Below, piece by piece: positions 40,901 to 54,300 of a stretch of DNA of 64,000 nucleotides. The stretch lies in the NCBI RefSeq assembly GCF_009914755.1, contig NC_060945.1, one strand, 5' to 3'. Source of the DNA: the human T2T-CHM13v2.0 reference genome, Homo sapiens. Made by a program: the position numbers and the translations under genes. Within the stretch, counting starts at the first letter, position 1. Each line of letters opens with the position of its first letter. Under the pieces are notes generated by a model. That model did no database searches. It was not told where the DNA came from and worked only from the letters and a program-made list of their open reading frames with translations.

Positions 40901-43600
40901 TAGAGTTTCAAAGCTGCTCTGTAAAAAGAAAGGTTCCACTCTGTTAGCTGAGTACACACATCACAAACTTGTTTCTGAGAATCCTTCTGTCTCGTTTTTA
41001 TGGGAAGATATTTACTTTTTCACCGTAGGCATCAAAGCGCTCCAAATGTCCACATCCAGATACTCCAGAACGAGTGTTTCAAACCTACTCTATGAAAGGG
41101 AATCTTCAACTCTATGAGTTGAATGCAGACATCAGAAAGAAATTTCTGAGAATGCTGCTGTCTACCTTTTATTTGAATTCCCGCTTCCAACGAAATCCTC
41201 CAAGCTATCCAAATATCCACTTGCATTTTCCACAACAAGAGTGTTTCAAAACTGCTCTATCAATAGAAATGTTCAACTCCTTTGGCTGGGTACACACATC
41301 ACAAACAAGTTTCTGAGAATGCTTCTGTCTAGTTTTTATGGGAAGACATTCCCTTTTTCACCAAAGGCATCAAAGCGCTCCAAATGTCCACTTCCAGACA
41401 CTACAAAAAGAGTGTTTCAAACGTGCTCTAAGAAAGCGAATGTTCAACTCTGTGACTTGAATGCAGATATCACAAAGTAGTTTCTGAGAGTGCTTCTGTC
41501 TAGACTTTAGATGATGATATTCCCGTTTCCAACGAAATCATTAGAGCTATCCAAATATCCACTTACAGTTTCTACAAAAAGAGTGTTTCCAAACTGCTGC
41601 ATGAAAAGAGAGGTTCCACTCTGTTAGCTGAGTACACACATCACAAACTTGTTTCTCAGAATCCGTCTGTCTCGTTTTTATGGGAAGATATTTACTTTTT
41701 CACCGTAGGCATCAAAGCGCTCCAAATGTCCACATCCAGATACTCCAGAAAGAGTGTTTCAAACCTGCTCTATGAAAGGGAATCTTCAACTCTATGAGTT
41801 GAATGCAGACATCAGAAAGAAATTTCTGAGAATGCTGCTGTCTACCTTTTATTTGAATTCCCGCTTCCAACGAAATCCTCCAAGCTATCCAAATATCCAC
41901 TTGCAGATTCCACAAAAAGAGTGTTTCAAAACTGCTCTCTATCAATGGCAAAGTTCAACTCTGTTAGTTGAGGACACATATCACCAACAAGTTTCTGAGA
42001 ATGCTTCTGTCTATTTTTTATGGGAAGATATTTCCTTTTTCACCGTAGGCGTCAAGGCGATCGAAATGTCCACTTCCACAAACTACAAAAAGCGTGTTTC
42101 AAACCTGCTCTATGAAAGGCCATGTTCATCTCTATGAGTTGAATGGAAATATCCGAAAGAAATTTCTGGGAATGCTGCTGTCTAGTGTTTATACGAATTC
42201 CCGCTTCCAACGAAATCCTCAAAGCAATCCAAATATCCACTTGCAGAATCCACAAAAAGAGTGTTTCAAAACTGCTCTATCAATAGAAAGGTTCAACTCT
42301 TTTAGTTGAGTACACACATCACGAACAAGTTTCTGAGAATGCTTCTGTCTGGCTTTTATTGGAAGACGTTTCCTTTTCACCAAAGGCATCAAAGCGCTCC
42401 AAATGTCCACTTCCAGATTCTTCCAAAAGAGTGTTTCAAACGTGGTCGAAGTAAGGGAATGTTCAACTCTGTGACTTGAATGCAGATATCACCAAGTAGT
42501 TTCTAATAGTGCTTCTGTCTACATTTTGATGATGATATTCCCGTTTCCAACGAAATCGTTAGAGCTATCCAAATATCCAGTTAGTTTCTACCAAAAGGGT
42601 GTTTCCAAATTGCTGCATCAAAAGAAAGGTTCAACTCTGTTAGTTGAGGACACACATCACAAAGAAGTTTGTGAGAATGCTTCTGTCTAGATTTTGTATG
42701 ACGATATTCCCTTTTCCAATGATATCGTTAAAGCAATCTAAATATCAATTTGCAGAATCCACAAAAATAGAGTTTCAAAGCTGCTCTGTAAAAAGAAAGG
42801 TTCCACTCTGTTAGCTGAGTACACACATCACAAACTTGTTTCTGAGAATCCTTCTGTCTCGTTTTTATGGGAAGATATTTACTTTTTCACCGTAGGCATC
42901 AAAGCGCTCCAAATGTCCACATCCAGATACTCCAGAACGAGTGTTTCAAACCTACTCTATGAAAGGGAATCTTCAACTCTATGAGTTGAATGCAGACATC
43001 AGAAAGAAATTTCTGAGAATGCTGCTGTCTACCTTTTATTTGAATTCCCGCTTCCAACGAAATCCTCCAAGCTATCCAAATATCCACTTGCATTTTCCAC
43101 AACAAGAGTGTTTCAAAACTGCTCTATCAATAGAAATGTTCAACTCCTTTGGCTGGGTACACACATCACAAACAAGTTTCTGAGAATGCTTCTGTCTAGT
43201 TTTTATGGGAAGACATTCCCTTTTTCACCAAAGGCATCAAAGCGCTCCAAATGTCCACTTCCAGACACTACAAAAAGAGTGTTTCAAACGTGCTCTAAGA
43301 AAGCGAATGTTCAACTCTGTGACTTGAATGCAGATATCACAAAGTAGTTTCTGAGAGTGCTTCTGTCTAGACTTTAGATGATGATATTCCCGTTTCCAAC
43401 GAAATCATTAGAGCTATCCAAATATCCACTTACAGTTTCTACAAAAAGAGTGTTTCCAAACTGCTGCATGAAAAGAGAGGTTCCACTCTGTTAGCTGAGT
43501 ACACACATCACAAACTTGTTTCTCAGAATCCGTCTGTCTCGTTTTTATGGGAAGATATTTACTTTTTCACCGTAGGCATCAAAGCGCTCCAAATGTCCAC
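38000..43600. repeat. Tandem triplication of a 1867-bp variant HOR; ends approximate
   Basis: ORF spacing is 1867 (37507, 39374, 41241, 43108). The copies share 1-bp and 2-bp deletions (after 38793 and 38849, and at +1867 and +3734) plus SNVs. Confidence 0.9.
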
Positions 43601-45304
43601 ATCCAGATACTCCAGAAAGAGTGTTTCAAACCTGCTCTATGAAAGGGAATGTTCAACTCTATGAGTTGAATGCAGACATCAGAAAGAAATTTCTGAGAAT
43701 GCTGCTGTCTACCTTTTATTTGAATTCCCGCTTCCAACGAAATCCTCCAAGCTATCCAAATATCCACTTGCAGATTCCACAAAAAGAGTGTTTCAAAACT
43801 GCTCTCTATCAATGGCAAAGTTCAACTCTGTTAGTTGAGGACACATATCACCAACAAGTTTCTGAGAATGCTTCTGTCTATTTTTTATGGGAAGATATTT
43901 CCTTTTTCACCGTAGGCGTCAAGGCGATCGAAATGTCCACTTCCACAAACTACAAAAAGAGTGTTTCAAACCTGCTCTATGAAAGGCCATGTTCATCTCT
44001 ATGAGTTGAATGGAAATATCCGAAAAAAATTTCTGGGAATGCTGCTGTCTAGTTTTTATATGAATTCCCGCTTCCAACGAAATCCTCAAAGCAATCCAAA
44101 TATCCACTTGCAGAATCCACAAAAAGAGTGTTTCAAAACTGCTCTATCAATAGAAAGGTTCAACTCTTTTAGTTGAGTACACACATCACAAACAAGTTTC
44201 TGAGAATGCTTCTGTCTGGCTTTTATTGGAAGACGTTTCCTTTTCACCAAAGGCATCAAAGCGCTCCAAATGTCCACTTCCAGATTCTTCCAAAAGAGTG
44301 TTTCAAACGTGGTCGAAGTAAGGGAATGTTCTACTCTGTGACTTGAATGCAGATATCACCAAGTAGTTTCTAATAGTGCTTCTGTCTAGATTTTAGATGA
44401 TGATATTCCCGTTTCCAACGAAATCGTTAGAGCTATCCAAATATCCAGTTACAGTTTCTACCAAAAGGGTGTTTCCAAATTGCTGCATCAAAAGAAAGGT
44501 TCAACTCTGTTAGTTGAGGACACACATCACAAAGAAGTTTGTGAGAATGCTTCTGTCTAGATTTTGTATGACGATATTCCCTTTTCCAACGATATCGTTA
44601 AAGCAATCTAAATATCAATTTGCAGAATCCACAAAAATAGAGTTTCAAAGCTGCTCTGTAAAAAGAAAGGTTCCACTCTGTTAGCTGAGTACACACATCA
44701 CAAACTTGTTTCTGAGAATCCTTCTGTCTCGTTTTTATGGGAAGATATTTACTTTTCCACCGTAGGCATCAAAGCGCTCCAAATGTCCACATCCAGATAC
44801 TCCAGAAAGAGTGTTTCAAACCTGCTCTATGAAAGGGAATCTTCAACTCTATGAGTTGAATGCAGACATCAGAAAGAAATTTCTGAGAATGCTGCTGTCT
44901 ACCTTTTATTTGAATTCCCGCTTCCAACGAAATCCTCCAAGCTATCCAAATATCCACTTGCATTTTCCACAAAAAGAGTGTTTCAAAACTGCTCTATCAA
45001 TAGAAATGTTCAACTCCTTTGGCTGGGTACACACATCACAAACAAGTTTCTGAGAATGCTTCTGTCTAGTTTTTATGGGAAGACATTCCCTTTTTCACCA
45101 AAGGCATCAAAGCGCTCCAAATGTCCACTTCCAGACACTACAAAAAGAGTGTTTCAAACGTGCTCTAAGAAAGCGAATGTTCAACTCTGTGACTTGAATG
45201 CAGATATCACAAAGTAGTTTCTGAGAGGGCTTCTGTCTAGATTTTAGATGATGATATTCCCGTTTCCAACGAAATCATTAGAGCTATACAAATATCCACT
45301 TACT

Positions 45305-48300
45305 GTTTCTACAAAAAGAGTGTTTCCAAACTGCTGCATCAAAAGAGAGGTTCCACTCTGTTAGCTGAGTACACACATCACAAACTTGTTTCTCAGAATC
45401 CTTCTGTCTCGTTTTTATGGGAAGATATTTACTTTTTCACCGTAGGCATCAAAGCGCTCCAAATGTCCACATCCAGATACTCCAGAAAGAGTGTTTCAAA
45501 CCTGCTCTATGAAAGGGAATCTTCAACTCTATGAGTTGAATGCAGACATCAGAAAGAAATTTCTGAGAATGCTGCTGTCTACCTTTTATTTGAATTCCCG
45601 CTTCCAACGAAATCCTCCAAGCTATCCAAATATCCACTTGCAGATTCCACAAAAAGAGTGTTTCAAAACTGCTCTCTATCAATGGCAAAGTTCAACTCTG
45701 TTAGTTGAGGACACATATCACCAACAAGTTTCTGAGAATGCTTCTGTCTATTTTTTATGGGAAGATATTTCCTTTTTCACCGTAGGCGTCAAGGCGATCG
45801 AAATGTCCACTTCCACAAACTACAAAAAGAGTGTTTCAAACCTGCTCTATGAAAGGCCATGTTCATCTCTATGAGTTGAATGGAAATATCCGAAAAAAAT
45901 TTCTGGGAATGCTGCTGTCTAGTTTTTATATGAATTCCCGCTTCCAACGAAATCCTCAAAGCAATCCAAATATCCACTTGCAGAATCCACAAAAAGAGTG
46001 TTTCAAAACTGCTCTATCAATAGAAAGGTTCAACTCTTTTAGTTGAGTACACACATCACGAACAAGTTTCTGAGAATGCTTCTGTCTGGCTTTTATTGGA
46101 AGACGTTTCCTTTTCACCAAAGGCATCAAAGCGCTCCAAATGTCCACTTCCAGATTCTTCCAAAAGAGTGTTTCAAACGTGCTCGAAGTAAGGGAATGTT
46201 CTACTCTGTGACTTGAATGCAGATATCACCAAGTAGTTTCTAATAGTGCTTCTGTCTAGATTTTAGATGATGATATTCCCGTTTCCAACGAAATCGTTAG
46301 AGCTATCCAAATATCCAGTTACAGTTTCTACCAAAAGGGTGTTTCCAAATTGCTGCATCAAAAGAAAGGTTCAACTCTGTTAGTTGAGGACACACATCAC
46401 AAAGAAGTTTGTGAGAATGCTTCTGTCTAGATTTTGTATGACGATATTCCCTTTTCCAACGATATCGTTAAAGCAATCTAAATATCAATTTGCAGAATCC
46501 ACAAAAATAGAGTTTCAAAGCTGCTCTGTAAAAAGAAAGGTTCCACTCTGTTAGCTGAGTACACACATCACAAACTTGTTTCTGAGAATCCTTCTGTCTC
46601 GTTTTTATGGGAAGATATTTACTTTTCCACCGTAGGCATCAAAGCGCTCCAAATGTCCACATCCAGATACTCCAGAACGAGTGTTTCAAACCTGCTCTAT
46701 GAAAGGGAATCTTCAACTCTATGAGTTGAATGCAGACATCAGAAAGAAATTTCTGAGAATGCTGCTGTCTACCTTTTATTTGAATTCCCGCTTCCAACGA
46801 AATCCTCCAAGCTATCCAAATATCCACTTGCATTTTCCACAAAAAGAGTGTTTCAAAACTGCTCTATCAATAGAAATGTTCAACTCCTTTGGCTGGGTAC
46901 ACACATCACAAACAAGTTTCTGAGAATGCTTCTGTCTAGTTTTTATGGGAAGACGTTCCCTTTTTCACCAAAGGCATCAAAGCGCTCCAAATGTCCACTT
47001 CCAGACACTACAAAAAGAGTGTTTCCAACGTGCTCTAAGAAAGCGAATGTTCAACTCTGTGACTTGAATGCAGATATCACAAAGTAGTTTCTGAGAGGGC
47101 TTCTGTCTAGATTTTAGATGATGATATTCCCGTTTCCAACGAAATCATTAGAGCTATCCAAATATCCACTTACAGTTTCTACAAAAAGAGTGTTTCCAAA
47201 CTGCTGCATCAAAAGAGAGGTTCCACTCTGTTAGCTGAGTACACACATCACAAACTTGTTTCTCAGAATCCTTCTGTCTCGTTTTTATGGGAAGATATTT
47301 ACTTTTTCACCGTAGGCATCAAAGCGCTCCAAATGTCCACATCCAGATACTCCAGAAAGAGTGTTTCAAACCTGCTCTATGAAAGGGAATCTTCAACTCT
47401 ATGAGTTGAATGCAGACATCAGAAAGAAATTTCTGAGAATGCTGCTGTCTACCTTTTATTTGAATTCCCGCTTCCAACGAAATCCTCCAAGCTATCCAAA
47501 TATCCACTTGCAGATTCCACAAAAAGAGTGTTTCAAAACTGCTCTCTATCAATGGCAAAGTTCAACTCTGTTAGTTGAGGACACATATCACCAACAAGTT
47601 TCTGAGAATGCTTCTGTCTATTTTTTATGGGAAGATATTTCCTTTATCACCGTAGGCGTCAAGGCGATCGAAATGTCCACTTCCACAAACTACAAAAAGA
47701 GTGTTTCAAACCTGCTCTATGAAAGGCCATGTTCATCTCTATGAGTTGAATGGAAATATCCGAAAGAAATTTCTGGGAATGCTGCTGTCTAGTGTTTATA
47801 CGAATTCCCGCTTCCAACGAAATCCTCAAAGCAATCCAAATATCCACTTGCAGAATCCACAAAAAGAGTGTTTCAAAACCGCTCTATCAATAGAAAGGTT
47901 CAACTCTTTTAGTTGAGTACACACATCACGAACAAGTTTCTGAGAATGCTTCTGTCTGGCTTTTATTGGAAGACGTTTCCTTTTCACCAAAGGCATCAAA
48001 GCGCTCCAAATGTCCACTTCCAGATTCTTCCAAAAGAGTGTTTCAAACGTGCTCGAAGTAAGGGAATGTTCATCTCTGTGACTTGAATGCAGATATCACC
48101 AAGTAGTTTCTAATAGTGCTTCTGTCTAGATTTTAGATGATGATATTCCCGTTTCCAACGAAATCGTTAGATCTATCCAAATATCCAGTTACAGTTTCTA
48201 CCAAAAGGGTGTTTCCAAATTGCTGCATCAAAAGAAAGGTTCAACTCTGTTAGTTGAGGACACACATCACAAAGAAGTTTGTGAGAATGCTTCTGTCTAG

Positions 48301-51300
48301 ATTTTGTATGATGATATTCCCTTTTCCAACGATATCGTTAAAGCAATCTAAATATCAATTTGCAGAATCCACAAAAATAGAGTTTCAAAGCTGCTCTGTA
48401 AAAAGAAAGGTTCCACTCTGTTAGCTGAGTACACACATCACAAACTTGTTTCTGAGAATCCTTCTGTCTCGTTTTTATGGGAAGATATTTACTTTTCCAC
48501 CGTAGGCATCAAAGCGCTCCAAATGTCCACATCCAGATACTCCAGAACGAGTGTTTCAAACCTGCTCTATGAAAGGGAATCTTCAACTCTATGAGTTGAA
48601 TGCAGACATCAGAAAGAAATTTCTGAGAATGCTGCTGTCTACCTTTTATTTGAATTCCCGCTTCCAACGAAATCCTCCAAGCTATCCAAATATCCACTTG
48701 CATTTTCCACAAAAAGAGTGTTTCAAAACTGCTCTATCAATAGAAATGTTCAACTCCTTTGGCTGGGTACACACATCACAAACAAGTTTCTGAGAATGCT
48801 TCTGTCTAGTTTTTATGGGAAGACGTTCCCTTTTTCACCAAAGGCATCAAAGCGCTCCAAATGTCCACTTCCAGACACTACAAAAAGAGTGTTTCCAACG
48901 TGCTCTAAGAAAGCGAATGTTCAACTCTGTGACTTGAATGCAGATATCACAAAGTAGTTTCTGAGAGGGCTTCTGTCTAGATTTTAGATGATGATATTCC
49001 CGTTTCCAACGAAATCATTAGAGCTATCCAAATATCCACTTACAGTTTCTACAAAAAGAGTGTTTCCAAACTGCTGCATCAAAAGAGAGGTTCCACTCTG
49101 TTAGCTGAGTACACACATCACAAACTTGTTTCTCAGAATCCTTCTGTCTCGTTTTTATGGGAAGATATTTACTTTTTCACCGTAGGCATCAAAGCGCTCC
49201 AAATGTCCACATCCAGATACTCCAGAAAGAGTGTTTCAAACCTGCTCTATGAAAGGGAATCTTCAACTCTATGAGTTGAATGCAGACATCAGAAAGAAAT
49301 TTCTGAGAATGCTGCTGTCTACCTTTTATTTGAATTCCCGCTTCCAACGAAATCCTCCAAGCTATCCAAATATCCACTTGCAGATTCCACAAAAAGAGTG
49401 TTTCAAAACTGCTCTCTATCAATGGCAAAGTTCAACTCTGTTAGTTGAGGACACATATCACCAACAAGTTTCTGAGAATGCTTCTGTCTATTTTTTATGG
49501 GAAGATATTTCCTTTTTCACCGTAGGCGTCAAGGCGATCGAAATGTCCACTTCCACAAACTACAAAAAGAGTGTTTCAAACCTGCTCTATGAAAGGCCAT
49601 GTTCATCTCTATGAGTTGAATGGAAATATCCGAAAGAAATTTCTGGGAATGCTGCTGTCTAGTGTTTATACGAATTTCCGCTTCCAACGAAATCCTCAAA
49701 GCAATCCAAATATCCACTTGCAGAATCCACAAAAAGAGTGTTTCAAAACTGCTCTATCAATAGAAAGGTTCAACTCTTTTAGTTGAGTACACACATCACG
49801 AACAAGTTTCTGAGAATGCTTCTGTCTGGCTTTTATTGGAAGACGTTTCCTTTTCACCAAAGGCATCAAAGCGCTCCAAATGTCCACTTCCAGATTCTTC
49901 CAAAAGAGTGTTTCAAACGTGCTCAAAGTAAGGGAATGTTCAACTCTGTGACTTGAATGCAGATATCACCAAGTAGTTTCTAATAGTGCTTCTGTCTACA
50001 TTTTAGATGATGATATTCCCGTTTCAAACGAAATCGTTAGAGCTATCCAAATATCCAGTTACAGTTTCTACCAAAAGGGTGTTTCCAAATTGCTGCATCA
50101 AAAGAAAGGTTCAACTCTGTTAGTTGAGGACACACATCACAAAGAAGTTTGTGAGAATGCTTCTGTCTAGATTTTGTATGACGATATTCCCTTTTCCAAC
50201 GATATCGTTAAAGCAATCTAAATATCAATTTGCAGAATCCACAAAAATAGAGTTTCAAAGCTGCTCTGTAAAAAGAAAGGTTCCACTCTGTTAGCTGAGT
50301 ACACACATCACAAACTTGTTTCTCAGAATCCTTCTGTCTCGTTTTTATGGGAAGATATTTACTTTTCCACCGTAGGCATCAAAGCGCTCCAAATGTCCAC
50401 ATCCAGATACTCCAGAAAGAGTGTTTCAAACCTGCTCTATGAAAGGGAATGTTCAACTCTATGAGTTGAATGCAGACATCAGAAAGAAATTTCTGAGAAT
50501 GCTGCTGTCTACCTTTTATTTGAATTCCCGCTTCCAACGAAATCCTCCAAGCTATCCAAATATCCACTTGCATTTTCCACAAAAAGAGTGTTTCAAAACT
50601 GCTCTATCAATAGAAATGTTCAACTCCTTTAGCTGGGTACACACATCACAAACAAGTTTCTGAGAATGCTTCTGTCTAGTTTTTATGGGAAGACGTTCCC
50701 TTTTTCACCAAAGGCATCAAAGCGCTCCAAATGTCCACTTCAAGACACTACAAAAAGAGTGTTTCCAACGTGCTCTAAGAAAGCGAATGTTCAACTCTGT
50801 GACTTGAATGCAGATATCACAAAGTAGTTTCTGAGAGGGCTTCTGTCTAGATTTTAGATGATGATATTCCCGTTTCCAACGAAATCATTAGAGCTATCCA
50901 AATATCCACTTACAGTTTCTACAAAAAGAGTGTTTCCAAACTGCTGCATCAAAAGAGAGGTTCCACTCTGTTAGCTGAGTACACACATCACAAACTTGTT
51001 TCTCAGAATCCTTCTGTCTCGTTTTTATGGGAAGATATTTACTTTTTCACCGTAGGCATCAAAGCGCTCCAAATGTCCACATCCAGATACTCCAGAAAGA
51101 GTGTTTCAAACCTGCTCTATGAAAGGGAATCTTCAACTCTATGAGTTGAATGCAGACATCAGAAAGAAATTTCTGAGAATGCTGCTGTCTACCTTTTATT
51201 TGAATTCCCGCTTCCAACGAAATCCTCCAAGCTATCCAAATATCCACTTGCAGATTCCACAAAAAGAGTGTTTCAAAACTGCTCTCTATCAATGGCAAAG

Positions 51301-54300
51301 TTCAACTCTGTTAGTTGAGGACACATATCACCAACAAGTTTCTGAGAATGCTTCTGTCTATTTTTTATGGGAAGATATTTCCTTTTTCACCGTAGGCGTC
51401 AAGGCGATCGAAATGTCCACTTCCACAAACTACAAAAAGAGTGTTTCAAACCTGCTCTATGAAAGGCCATGTTCATCTCTATGAGTTGAATGGAAATATC
51501 CGAAAGAAATTTCTGGGAATGCTGCTGTCTAGTGTTTATACGAATTCCCACTTCCAACGAAATCCTCAAAGCAATCCAAATATCCACTTGCAGAATCCAC
51601 AAAAAGAGTGTTTCAAAACTGCTCTATCAATAGAAAGGTTCAACTCTTTTAGTTGAGTACACACATCACGAACAAGTTTCTGAGAATGCTTCTGTCTGGC
51701 TTTTATTGGAAGACGTTTCCTTTTCACCAAAGGCATCAAAGCGCTCCAAATGTCCACTTCCAGATTCTTCCAAAAGAGTGTTTCAAACGTGCTCAAAGTA
51801 AGGGAATGTTCAACTCTGTGACTTGAATGCAGATATCACCAAGTAGTTTCTAATAGTGCTTCTGTCTAGATTTTAGATGATGATATTCCCGTTTCCAACG
51901 AAATCGTTAGAGCTATCCAAATATCCACTTACAGTTTCTACAAAAAGAGTGTTTCCAAACTGCTGCATCAAAAGAAAGGTTCAACTCTGTTAGTTGAGGA
52001 CACACATCACAAAGAAGTTTGTGAGAATGCTTCTGTCTAGATTTTGTATGACGATATTCCCTTTTCCAACGATATCGTTAAAGCAATCTAAATATCAATT
52101 TGCAGAATCCACAAAAATAGAGTTTCAAAGCTGCTCTGTAAAAAGAAAGGTTCCACTCTGTTAGCTGAGTACACACATCACAAACTTGTTTCTCAGAATC
52201 CTTCTGTCTCGTTTTTATGGGAAGATATTTACTTTTCCACCGTAGGCATCAAAGCGCTCCAAATGTCCACATCCAGATACTCCAGAACGAGTGTTTCAAA
52301 CCTGCTCTATGAAAGGGAATCTTCAACTCTATGAGTTGAATGCAGACATCAGAAAGAAATTTCTGAGAATGCTGCTGTCTACCTTTTATTTGAATTCCCG
52401 CTTCCAACGAAATCCTCCAAGCTATCCAAATATCCACTTGCATTTTCCACAAAAAGAGTGTTTCAAAACTGCTCTATCAATAGAAATGTTCAACTCCTTT
52501 GGCTGGGTACACACATCACAAACAAGTTTCTGAGAATGCTTCTGTCTAGTTTTTATGGGAAGACGTTCCCTTTTTCACCAAAGGCATCAAAGCGCTCCAA
52601 ATGTCCACTTCCAGACACTACAAAAAGAGTGTTTCCAACGTGCTCTAAGAAAGCGAATGTTCAACTCTGTGACTTGAATGCAGATATCACAAAGTAGTTT
52701 CTGAGAGGGCTTCTGTCTAGATTTTAGATGATGATATTCCCGTTTCCAACGAAATCATTAGAGCTATCCAAATATCCACTTACAGTTTCTACAAAAAGAG
52801 TGTTTCCAAACTGCTGCATCAAAAGAGAGGTTCCACTCTGTTAGCTGAGTACACACATCACAAACTTGTTTCTCAGAATCCTTCTGTCTCGTTTTTATGG
52901 GAAGATATTTACTTTTTCACCGTAGGCATCAAAGCGCTCCAAATGTCCACATCCAGATACTCCAGAAAGAGTGTTTCAAACCTGCTCTATGAAAGGGAAT
53001 CTTCAACTCTATGAGTTGAATGCAGACATCAGAAAGAAATTTCTGAGAATGCTGCTGTCTACCTTTTATTTGAATTCCCGCTTCCAACGAAATCCTCCAA
53101 GCTATCCAAATATCCACTTGCAGATTCCACAAAAAGAGTGTTTCAAAACTGCTCTCTATCAATGGCAAAGTTCAACTCTGTTAGTTGAGGACACATATCA
53201 CCAACAAGTTTCTGAGAATGCTTCTGTCTATTTTTTATGGGAAGATATTTCCTTTTTCACCGTAGGCGTCAAGGCGATCGAAATGTCCACTTCCACAAAC
53301 TACAAAAAGAGTGTTTCAAACCTGCTCTATGAAAGGCCATGTTCATCTCTATGAGTTGAATGGAAATATCCGAAAAAAATTTCTGGGAATGCTGCTGTCT
53401 AGTTTTTATATGAATTCCCGCTTCCAACGAAATCCTCAAAGCAATCCAAATATCCACTTGCAGAATCCACAAAAAGAGTGTTTCAAAACTGCTCTATCAA
53501 TAGAAAGGTTCAACTCTTTTAGTTGAGTACACACATCACGAACAAGTTTCTGAGAATGCTTCTGTCTGGCTTTTATTGGAAGACGTTTCCTTTTCACCAA
53601 AGGCATCAAAGCGCTCCAAATGTCCACTTCCAGATTCTTCCAAAAGAGTGTTTCAAACGTGCTCGAAGTAAGGGAATGTTCTACTCTGTGACTTGAATGC
53701 AGATATCACCAAGTAGTTTCTAATAGTGCTTCTGTCTAGATTTTAGATGATGATATTCCCGTTTCCAACGAAATCGTTAGAGCTATCCAAATATCCAGTT
53801 ACAGTTTCTACCAAAAGGGTGTTTCCAAATTGCTGCATCAAAAGAAAGGTTCAACTCTGTTAGTTGAGGACACACATCACAAAGAAGTTTGTGAGAATGC
53901 TTCTGTCTAGATTTTGTATGACGATATTCCCTTTTCCAACGATATCGTTAAAGCAATCTAAATATCAATTTGCAGAATCCACAAAAATAGAGTTTCAAAG
54001 CTGCTCTGTAAAAAGAAAGGTTCCACTCTGTTAGCTGAGTACACACATCACAAACTTGTTTCTGAGAATCCTTCTGTCTCGTTTTTATGGGAAGATATTT
54101 ACTTTTCCACCGTAGGCATCAAAGCGCTCCAAATGTCCACATCCAGATACTCCAGAACGAGTGTTTCAAACCTGCTCTATGAAAGGGAATCTTCAACTCT
54201 ATGAGTTGAATGCAGACATCAGAAAGAAATTTCTGAGAATGCTGCTGTCTACCTTTTATTTGAATTCCCGCTTCCAACGAAATCCTCCAAGCTATCCAAA

